From Candidatus Latescibacterota bacterium (GTDB taxonomy: Bacteria; Latescibacterota; UBA2968; GCA-2709665): DNA of 64,000 nt. This document shows positions 8,423-18,743 of this stretch, piece by piece. A program made the position numbers and the translations under genes. The DNA lies in NCBI GenBank assembly GCA_965226795.1, contig CBDDDZ010000005.1:1248001-1312000 (forward strand), written 5' to 3'. The first letter of the stretch is position 1; each line of letters opens with the position of its first letter. The notes under the pieces were generated by a model. It was given only the letters and a program-made list of their open reading frames with translations, did no database searches and was not told the DNA's origin.

Positions 8423-11400
8423 ATGATTAAAGCTCTTGACCGCAAAGGCACCTGGTGGACTTACTCCATCGCTGATGGTCTTTCCGGGGCGCAGAATTGA
8501 ACATATCGCCGAGGATAGCAAGGGCTTCCTCTGGTTCGCCTCCTGGGACAACGGGGCCAGCCGCTTCGATGGGGAGGAGTTCCGGAAATTTACGACATTG
8601 GACGGTCTTGCGAGCGACTGTGTTCATGTTATTTACGAGGACAGTCAGAAACGGTTATGGTTCGGTACGTTTGGTGGGGTCTGCTGGTACGACGGAGCGG
8701 ATTTCCACCATCTGGAGGACGAGGGGATTGCAGGCCGAGCCGTGCAGTTCATTTACGAAGACAGGGAGGGCCGTACGTGGTTTGGTGGCCAGGGCACCCT
8801 GGGATATTTCGATGGCGCCAGGTTCCACGACCTGATTCCGCTCTACCTTCGGCACTACAAACGGCCGCCCGCCTGTCACCTGAACGAACAATGTCGGGGC
8901 ATCGCCCAGGACCCCGAAGGCCGCCTCTGGTTCGGGTTCGACTATCTCATCCGCTTCGACGGTACCTCCTTTTGCCGCTATGGGAAAGAAGAGGGCTTTC
9001 CGAACGGGCCCGTCAGCTATGCCGTCGGGCAGGATCCTGCCGGCAGGGTGTGGGTAGGTCGTCGTAGACACTTGAACGGACTCCGTTGCTATGCCAATGG
9101 CACATTTCAACCTTTTTTGCTGGAATTTTGCGGCGCGCTGCGCAGAATTCAGAGCGACCGTGAAGGTCGCATGTGGTTCAGTTCGGCAGAAGGTGTGTTC
9201 TATCAGGATGGAGAAGGGTTCAGCAGATTCACAACTGCCGATGGGCTGCCCCATCCTGCGGTTAAAGCGGTGTTCCAGGATCGCGAACATCAGTTCTGGT
9301 TCGCAACGTGGAATGGTGTTGGCCTATACGATGCGCATAGTGTCAGCGTTTTCGACTTCAGTGCGGAATTACGCGAAAGGGCGAGCGAAATCTCGCGGAT
9401 GGTACTGGATAGTCGCGGTGATATTTGGATTGGAATTATATCCCCTGTCTTCGATGCTCGAACCAGGAGCGTCTTTCGTTTCGATGGAGAGCGGATCGAA
9501 TACGTAAGTGCGGAGCAGGGTGACGATATCAACAACTGTTTCGCCATCTACGAGGACCACGACGGGCGCCTGTGGTTTTGCGGGCGCCGCGGATTGTTCC
9601 GCTACGAAGGAAAGGAACTGAAGAGAATAGAAACGATCGAAGGTGTGGGCAAAAAACAGTGTCAGCTTAGTCACCCAGGATCGCGAAGGACGATTCCTCT
9701 TTGCCTATTGGGACGCGGGCACAAGAGACGGGAAGGATTATTTCAAGAGTGTTCTCTATGCCAGCCCTTTGAAGCTCATTTACCAGCAGGGGGAGCGATT
9801 CCGAACTATTTTTGCGGATAATGAGAAGGAAGATCCTCAAAGCCGCGTTGGCACCGTGATTGCCGGGCGCAATGGCGAGGTCTATTTTCATCTGTCCTAC
9901 GCCGAGACTTCGATTGGCGACAAGGGCTTCATGTGCTGGGATCACGAACATGGCCTTAGATTTCTTGGTGTCGGTGTAGGACTGAAGGGCCAACAGGTTG
10001 TCGATCTGCTACTGGCCCACGATGGCCACCTGTGGATTGCGACTCAGGGCGGGCTTGCCTGTTTTAATGGCAAGACCCTACACACCTTCACGCCTGAAGA
10101 TGGTCTGCCCAGCGAGCGCATCCGTTGCATCTTCGAGGATTCGCGAGGTCATCTGTGGGTCGGTACAGATCGGGGTGTGTTTCACTACAATGGCAAGCAT
10201 TTCCGAACCATCAGGTCACCGCATATTGGACCCGTCCGTCAGATACTCGAAGATCACGACGGATCCTTCTGGTTTGGCACTAAACCCGGTTATCTGGTGC
10301 GCTACCGCCAGCGCCAGACTACACCATGGGTTCGCCTCCTCCAGGTCGTTACCGATCAGGTCAATGATGAGTATGAGGAAATCATCTCGTCCGCGGCGGG
10401 ACAGCCTGTGACTTTCGAATACAAGGGGATGAGTTTTTCCACACATCCCCGCGACATGCTTTACGTATACCGCCTCAAGGAATACGACATCGATTGGCAC
10501 CCAGCGACCCGGGAGATGCAGGTTGTTTACCGGGACCTGCAGCCGGGAGAATATACGTTCGAGGTCAGAGCGATAGACCGCGACCTCAATTACTCGGAGA
10601 TAGCGCAGGCGCGGCTATCGGTAGAGACGGCCCCGACGACCGGCACTCCGACCTCCGTTCTCATCAGTACAGATGGCGGGGGCAGGGAGCTCATCGGTCG
10701 GAGCGAGGTCCTGAAGGAGTTTCAGATCAGACTCGCGGAGGTGGCACCTACCGATCTTACCGTGCTGATTCTTGGGGAAATGGGAGTAGGTAAGGGACTG
10801 GCGGCGCGTAAATTACACGCAATCAGTCGCCAAAGTGAAGGGCCCCTTGCGCAGGTCAACTGCGGCGCTGTGCCTGAATCGCTGATCAACAGTGAGTTGT
10901 TCGGTCATGAAAGGGGTGCATTCACCAGCGCGGTTTCTCGCAGGCTGGGTAAGGTGGAACTGGCCGATGGCGGCACACTATTCCTTGATGAGATCGGCGA
11001 TATGACGCTCACGACGCAGACCAGCCTGTTGCGATTGCTGGATGACGGTACTTTTGAGCGCGTCGGCAGTAGCGAGACGCTGAGCTTCCGGACGCGCATT
11101 GTGGCAGCGACCAATCGTAATTTGGAGGAAATGGTAAACACAGGTGATTTTCGCGAGGATCTCTACTATCGCTTCCAGGTTTTTTCGCTCTATTTGCCAC
11201 CTCTGCGCGAGCGCAAGGATGATATTCCGGAACTGGCCGAGCGTTTCAAGCATCGCGTTGCGTCTGGGAAAGCAAATCGCTCCCTTGTCGCCGGAAATCG
11301 TGGCGGTGTTGCAAACTTACGATTGGCCCGGCAATGTAAGGGAACTGGAGCACTTGATTCAGAGAGCCGCAGCCATCTGTCAGGGTTCTCGAATTGAATT

Positions 11401-11647
11401 GAAAGATCTCGGATCTTATCGATCGAAAGTCAAAGGCAGCGCTCTCGACATGGAGTGGACTCCCTTGTCGACTTCTGAAGACCGCAAAGTTGTGCCATTG
11501 GAGGAATTCGAGCGGCGCTATATCCTCAATGTTCTTAAAGCCACCAACTGGCGGATAGCCGGGGCCAGGGGCGCGGCGACTCTGCTGGGATTGCCGCCTT
11601 CTTCACTGTATGGGAAAATGAGAAAACTGGATATCAAACGCCCCTGA
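8423..11647 (+). pseudogene. Sigma-54-dependent enhancer-binding protein with N-terminal Reg_prop beta-propeller repeats and Y_Y_Y domain, AAA+ and Fis-type HTH; three frameshifts (~8490, ~9655, ~11260)
   Basis: Many 'IYEDxxGxLWFG' repeats, YVYRL..YRDLQPGEYTFEVRAID (Y_Y_Y), GEMGVGKG, SELFGHERGAFTSA, GTLFLDEIG, FREDLYYR, YDWPGNVREL and GAATLLGL..SSLYGKMRKL. These are spread over consecutive ORFs (8423.., 8436.., 9643.., 11144..). Confidence 0.9.
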
Positions 11648-11750
11648 AATTGTATCAAACCAATCTGTATATGGCCATATATGGATCTTTCAATCGTATG
11701 TGGCATTTATTTAGGCGTTTGCGGATAGATATCCAGGAGATCAGTTGCGC

Positions 11751-11918
11751 AAGACTGCGAGGTCGCGCCATTGGAGGAATGAGAACGGTGCTATATCCTC
11801 AAAGTGTTCAAAACCGACGACCTGCGGATAGCCGGGCAAAGAGTGGTACGACACCTCCCGGATTTCCACCTTTCCACTTTGATGAACAATGAGAAAGCTG
11901 AATATCGAACCTCCCTGA
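11751..11918 (+). pseudogene. Degenerate tandem copy of the activator's HTH-encoding 3' end
   Basis: Aligns to 11478-11647 (CCATTGGAGGAA, CTATATCCTCAA, GCGGATAGCCGGG, AATGAGAAA, CCCTGAA) but carries stops and indels. Confidence 0.8.
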
Positions 11919-11941
11919 ATTTGTATCAGGGTAACCGGAAA

Positions 11942-12525
11942 CTGGCCATATATGGTTTTTTCAACTGTATATGGTCAGTCTTGTAATAAGCCATTTAAGA
12001 ATAAATATTTAAGAAATAAATCCGATTGTAGGCTGACCTTATATGGTTAACGAGTGTGTGAGCCGGGACTTCCAGTCTGCTTGTTTTAAGTGTGAGATAT
12101 ACTAAATAAAAATAACAGTTTATGAATATATACGTGTCGACGGGTTCGCGTTGGCACGAAATTTGTCATATATATCACAATTGTGCAACAATTCTTTCCG
12201 TACGCCCGGGGACTTTGGCTACCTGCACGCTCATTTCCCGCGTCCGCGGGTAAGTTCATCCATACAGTCGTTATCGCTCGTCACGTCACCTTTCCGGCGC
12301 CGGGATCAACGAAACGATTGGGTGGGCTCGTACAGCCTCATCCGTGTCTGCGGTGTTCCACGTTTTGCGGAAGGTATTGGCAAGCAATCCATTGCTAAGC
12401 CCATTGTCTGATTGTCCCGATGTGGTTGCTATCCATGACGATGTCGGCAGCCTTCATCCAACCTCGTTTTGGTCGGAAACTCACGACATCACCGCCCAGG
12501 CCTCTCAGGAGGATGGGCACAATTG
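11942..12525 (+). repeat. Copy B of the ~580 bp duplicated cassette
   Basis: Colinear with 7797-8370. Palindromes at 11946 (CCATATATGG), 11965 (CTGTATATGG) and 12037 (CCTTATATGG). Confidence 0.9.
12152..12166 (+). promoter_or_regulatory. Sigma-54 (-24/-12) promoter upstream of the adhesin
   Basis: TGGCACG-AAAT-TTGT, in the same position within the cassette as in copy A. Confidence 0.7.
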
Positions 12526-12639
12526 TGTATAAACGATCCCCGTGTCCAAGATAACCGAAGGAGAACTACATTGCCCGCTAAACGTGCTCTAAGTGCGAAT
12601 TGTTGCTCCTCCGCAGATAACCCTGCGAAGAAAGTATCG

Positions 12640-15600
12640 ATGCCATTAACGGCCCTGGCGGTCCTGGGCCTTTGTGTACTTTGGGCGGCCGCGCCATCGT
12701 GTGCGCAGTCTCAGGCTATCACGCTGTCCGAGACGTCGCTGGACGTGGACGAGGGGTCCAGAGCCACTTATCGGGTCACGTTGGGGACCTTGCCGACCGC
12801 CGACGTGACGGTGACCATCGGAGGTACGTCGGGTACCGACCTCTCGGTCAACAATACGAGCCTGACCTTCACCACGACCGACTGGAATACGGCGCAGACC
12901 GTGACGGTGTCTGCCTCAACGGACACCGACGCCACAGACGACAGCGCCACCCTGACGCATACCGCGTCGGGTGGGGATTACGGGACGGTGACGCAGGATC
13001 TTCCCGTCACGGTGAACGAGAACACCAGTGTGACCCTGTATATTTCCGGGTTTCTTTCCAGCATTTCAGAGGCCGACGAAATTTCGTTGTCGGTGCGTTT
13101 GAATACGCCAATGAGCGAAGCGGTTACGGTGACCTTTTCCGCCGCGCCGGGTGATGCGAACACGACTGCGGACGACTTTACCTTGACCCCCGATCCTCCG
13201 GAGATCACGATATCGGCAGGGGATTCACTTACTGATGCCACAGTGACGCTCACCCCGGTGGACGACCATAAGACGGGCCACAAGAACGTTCTACTGACGC
13301 TGATGTTGGATAACACACGGGTAACCGTGTCGGGAGGGACGACCAGGGATGTGTTAATCGTCAACGACGACCTGGCCCAAATAACCCTGGAACTGGCCCC
13401 CGAGCCGATATTCGAGGACGGTAGAGCAGCGCGAGTGAGGGCGAGGCTGGTCGTTTCCCGACCGCAGACCGAGCAGGTGACGCTGAGGGTTGCAGCGATG
13501 GCGGTCTCGCCGACGGTGGCCGGAGACTTCACGTTGTCCGGCGAGACATTGACGTTCGCACCGGGTTCATTCATGAGCCTGGGAACCGTGGAGATCACGG
13601 CCAACGACGATACGGACATGGTCAACGAGACCGTTACGGTAACGGCGGAAGTCCTGGAGGGACAGGGGGTAATAGAGCCCGATCCTCTGACTCTGGACAT
13701 CGTCGATGACGACGAAACGGGCCTGGTGACGATGTCTTTGCGGCTGACGCCGGATCGAATCACCGAGGCCGGCGGGTTCACTGTCAGTACGGTCACGGCG
13801 GAAGTGAGTCGTCCGTTGGCGCAAGCTGCAACCGTAACCATTGACGCTTCACCGAATCAGGATAACGCGACGACAACCGTGGATGATTTTACGCTGAGCA
13901 CGAATAAGGAACTTCTGATCGGAGTGGGGGAAACGGCGAGGCAGGGGCAGGGTGACCATTACGGCGGTGGACAACGACCTCTGGGAGGGTGAGAGCAAGA
14001 GTGTGCTGGTAACGGGAACGGTGACAGGCAACACGGGGATAGCGGCTCCATCGCAACGGGAACTGACGATACTGGAAGACGACGCCAGGACGGCGTTGTA
14101 TCTGAAAGCGACGCCGGCAAATATAGATGAAAACGGTGGCGTCAGCACGATTACGGCAGTGTCGACGGTGCCTGTTCCTATAACGGTGACCCTGGACGTC
14201 AGAGTATTCGGTTCTTATGTCACGCTAAGCGACGATACACAATTGACGATCGTGGAGGGGCAGACGACGAGCACCGGAACGGTAACGGTAACGGCGGGGG
14301 ATATTGCCGGCACGAATAGTCCCTCCTCGACCATAAGCTTCCAGAATCTGAGTTCCACCACCTTTTCCGTGAGGACGACGAGCGTGATAGTCCTCGATGA
14401 CGACAATACAGGCACTCAGTTGTGGATGTTGTTGTCGCCGAGTAGCATGGTGGAGGGCGACCAGTTCAGTACGGTGACTGCGTTCCTTACCCGTGCGGTA
14501 GCGGAACCAGTGACAGTGACGATCGCCATAGACCCGGACAACACAACGGCGTACCCCGATGAATACACGCTGAGCGGCAATCTGACGTTAACGATACCGA
14601 CCGGCCAGACGGCAAGCACGGGGACGGTAACGCTCACATTGATGGACAACGATTACTATGGCGCCAGGTTTGCCGCTAGGGTCGGTTACACGTACGAGGT
14701 AACAGCGGGACCTGCCGGCCTGCATGCCGCGAAAGTGCAAGATGCGTGGTCTATCAGGGAAGACGAACTTCCCCCGGAGGTGACGTTGGTATTGACGCCG
14801 GATGCAATTGGCGAGAACGGTGGGGAAAGCACGGTAACGGCGACGCTGAATTCTGCGGTTCGAAGTAACATCACCGTGACGGTGTCGGCGGAGGCGTCCG
14901 GGGACTTCACTCAGACGGGCCATACGCTGACGATTGCCGAAGGGTCAAAGACGAGCACGGGATCCGTGAAGTTCACAGCGATTAACAACGACGTTGACGC
15001 GCTGGACAAGCAGATACTGGTGTCGGGGTCGTTAGACATTGCCGAGGAGTTGCCCTTCGGTACCATCTTGTTCCCCTACAGCCGGCATCTGGCGATCACG
15101 GACGACGATGAGGCGGAACTGATCCTGTCGACAGCGTCGCTGACGGTGGGCGAGGGGTCTAACGCCACCTACAGGGTGAAGCTGGCCACAGAGCCCACGT
15201 CCAACGTGTCCGTCAGCATTGGCCTGCCGCCGGATACAGACATCTCGGTGGACAAGCCAGGTCTGACGTTCACCACCACGGATTGGAATATCGAGCAGAC
15301 CGTGACCGTGTCCGCGGCTCACGACGACGATGCGGTCGATGACGATGCCACGCTGACGCACACGGCCTCCGGCGCGGACTACGGGTCGGTGAGGAAGGAT
15401 CTCCCCGTGACGGTCACCGACGACGAGGCGGACCTGGTGATATCGCCTCCGTCGCCGACGGTGAACGAGGGGTCAAGCGCAAACTACACGGTGACGCTGG
15501 CCACGCAGCCTTCATCGAGTGTGACCGTGACCATCAGCGGGGATGGGAGGCCGACCTCACACTTGGCACGACCACCCTCTCCTTCACCAACGCGAACTGG

Positions 15601-18563
15601 AATACACCGCAGACGGTCACGGTGTCTGCAGGCCAGGATGACGACGCCGTCAACGACCGTGGGACGCTGGCGCACACGGCCTCCGGCGGCGGCTATGACT
15701 CGGTCAGCCGGAATCTCGCGGAATCTCGCGGTAGCCGTGACCGACGACGACACAGGCCGGGAGCAGGCGGGAGCTGAAGTGAGCGTATCCTTCGAACGGG
15801 CGAGTTATGCCGCTGAAGAGGGTGGGAGTCCGGCGCGCGTGACGGTGCGTGTCATGCTGAATGCGGACCCCGAACGCGAAATCACCGTCCCATTGTCGGT
15901 CGGCTTGAATGGCGGGGCGACAGACGAGGACTATGAGGGCGTGCCGGGACAGATCAGCTTCGGACCCGGCGAACTGGAAAAAACCTTCGACATCACGGCC
16001 ACCGACGACAATCTGGACGATGACGACGAGAGCCTGACACTCGGTTTCGGCACATTGCCAGAACGGGTTATCGAGGGCAGTCCCGCCTCGGCACGGATAA
16101 GTATCCAGGATAACGACGACCCGATGGCGGCCGTCTCGTTTGATCAATCGAACTATGAGACGGAGGAAGGCGGCAGTCCCACACTTGTGACGGTGTTCCT
16201 GAGTGTCGATCCTGAACGGGAAGTGACGATTCCACTTACGGTATCTTTCGGCAACGGCGCCACGATGGCTGACTACAGTGGCGGGCCGTCAAGCCTGAGT
16301 TTCAAGAGCGGTGAAACTGAAAAGAACTTTGCGCTCACAGCGGTTGACGACCGCGTGGACGATGACGATGAATCCGTGACACTTGGCTTCGGTACCCTTA
16401 CGCACAGGGTCGACGCAGGTCGCCAACTGAACGCGAGCGTCAGAATTATCGATAACGACGAGCGCGGCGTGACGGTATCGGCGGCGGCGTTGACGGTTCC
16501 TGAAGGGGGCGCCGGAAGCTACACAGTCGTGCTGCACAGCGCGCCGACGTCGCCGGTGACCATCGAAATTACCGTACAGGAAAACACGGAGGTCTCGGTG
16601 GATGCGGCGCAGTTGTCGTTCTCCGCGGAAAACTGGGACGCGCCGCAGGAAGTGGTGGTGCGGGCGCTGGACGACGACGATGCGGTCGTGGACAGGGTAA
16701 CGCTGGATCATGCCATTACCGGCGGCGACTACGGTGAGGTGACGGCGCCATCCGTTGCCGTTACAGTGGTTGAAGACGACGTGCCCGTGGTGACGATCGA
16801 AAACGAACGGGCTACCGAACACGCGGGAGAGATGGTCTTCACGGTTTTGTTGGATATAGAAAGCAGCGAGAAAGTTTCTGCAGAGTACGCGACCGCTAAC
16901 GGCACGGCAGCGGCGGGTATGGACTACACGGCAACGAAGGGCGTTGTGCGTTTTTTGTCCCGCTACAGACCCGAATGACAGTCAGTGTACCGATTATCGA
17001 CGATAGCGTAGAAGAAGACAGCGAGACCTTCACGTTGCGGCTGGCCGAGCCCCTGAATGCGATCCTGGACGGGAACGGGCATGTGGCTACGGGCACGATA
17101 GATGACAACGCCGCCGCCATACGGGCGCTGGAGATCTTTCTGTCGAGCGTAGGACGCATGGTGGCTTCGGACGCCGTCGAAGTCATCAGTCGACGGTTCG
17201 ACCCGCGCATTGGCGGCCGGCCCATGCTCACACTCGGAGGACGGTCGTTGATATTGAACCAAAATGAGAGTATCGGCCGACTGGCGTATGCAATAAACCC
17301 GGCGCAAGACATCACATCCGCGGCGGGCCCGGGTCACCGCGTGCCACCGGACCCACGGACGGCTCTGCTCCTGTCTCACCTGCGCCATGCCACGGTATGG
17401 GACGTGCTGTCGAGCAGTGACTTTCGCGTGCCGCTCAAAAGCACCCGCAACGCATCCGGATGGACCCTGTGGGCCGCGGCGCCATGAGCGGGTTCGCCGG
17501 TGCGCCGGGATCTACCCGGCGGATGGATGCGGATGCCTTCAGCAGCTACGTCGGCATCGACTACAACGTTCGGGCAAAGGCGCTCCTGGGCCTGGCAGCG
17601 ACACATAGTGTGGGCGACTTGAGTTACAGGGAGGCAACGTCAGGGAGAACGCTTGTACCTATCGACTTTGTGATAACCAGTCTGTTGCCTTATCTCCACC
17701 TGCAACCGCATCCGAGGTTAGGGGTGTGGGGGCTGTTCGGCTTCGGGCGAGGCAGCGTCGAGTTAATTGACGCCGACGGCGGCCTCGCTACGGACCTGAC
17801 GTTGCTGATGGGTGCGGGAGTCGGGCGTCAACACCTGACCACCCTGGGTGGCGTTGGCTTCGCGCTCAAGGGCGACGCCTTTTACGTGGAGAGCACGTCG
17901 GACAGAAACGCGCGGTTGCCTGAAGTACGGGAGGACGCGAAGCGTGTGCGCCTGCTCATCGAGGGACGCCACACCCACAGGAGTGGTCGGAAAACCCGTC
18001 TGAGCCAGAGTCTGGAGTTAGGCGCGCGGTGGGACAGGGGACGCGTCGAGAACGGGAGAGGTATGGACGTGGGCGGCGGCATCGAATACGCCCATACGGA
18101 GCGGGGCATCAGCCTGTCCGCGCGCGGGCGCTACCTGCTCCTGCACGAGCAGGCAGCATTCGAAGAATGGGGCGCGAGCCTGATTCTGCGTGTCAATCCG
18201 GGATATGGCAAACAGGGGCTGGTACTGGACGTGTCGCCGGTGTGGGGTGCGCCCACCGACACGGACGGAGCACTGTGGTTGGGCGTACCGGTCATGGCAT
18301 TGGGCGGTGCGGGTACCACGGGTGTGAGACCGGACCGGCTGAAAGTCGACGCGGGCTACCGGTTCGTGACTCCTGCAGAAAATGGGTCGGTCACGCCCTA
18401 TGGTGGCTGGTCAACGGGAAGCCGGAGGTACCAGAGGTATCGTCTGGGCGGGCGGATGGCCATGGCAAAAAGCGTCAACGTGAATCTGGAGGGAATTTGC
18501 GAAAGCCTGGCACAGGGCACTTCCAGATATGGGATCAGGCTCTTCGGACGATTCAACTGGTGA
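12640..18563 (+). pseudogene. Large surface adhesin-like autotransporter: signal peptide, Ig-like/Calx-beta repeats and C-terminal beta-barrel; frameshifts near 13950, 15545/15720, 16955 and 17472
   Basis: MPLTALAVLGLCVLWAAAPSCA signal peptide. Repeats 'LTFTTTDWNxxQTVTVSAxxDxDAxDDxATLTHTASGGDY' and Calx-beta-like 'YATANGTAAAGMDY..DDSVEEDSETFTL'. Amphipathic barrel strands ending GIRLFGRFNW (BAM-type aromatic C-terminus). Confidence 0.85.
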
Positions 18564-18743
18564 CGTTCGGGGTGAGCGGACTCGCCCTGCTCTGAAACTG
18601 AATGCCAAAGGGAGCGTGATAGCGAGGGAAATAGAACTACACGTCACCACACGGCCGGTTCGCTGCCAGTATCAACAATCCGAGCGGGAAAAGGCAAAAA
18701 GAAAACGGCCTTATTTTAACTATACTTTTTGGAAGAATAAGAT

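Noticed and set aside
15563..15578. TTGGCACG inside the adhesin gene as another sigma-54 promoter
   Set aside because: No -12 TTG element at the correct spacing, and it lies in a coding repeat (LGTT).
8423..18563. Programmed frameshifting or phase variation as the cause of the split ORFs
   Set aside because: Runs are short (6 nt or less), lesions are numerous and of mixed type, and they include deletions. Decay or consensus error is simpler.
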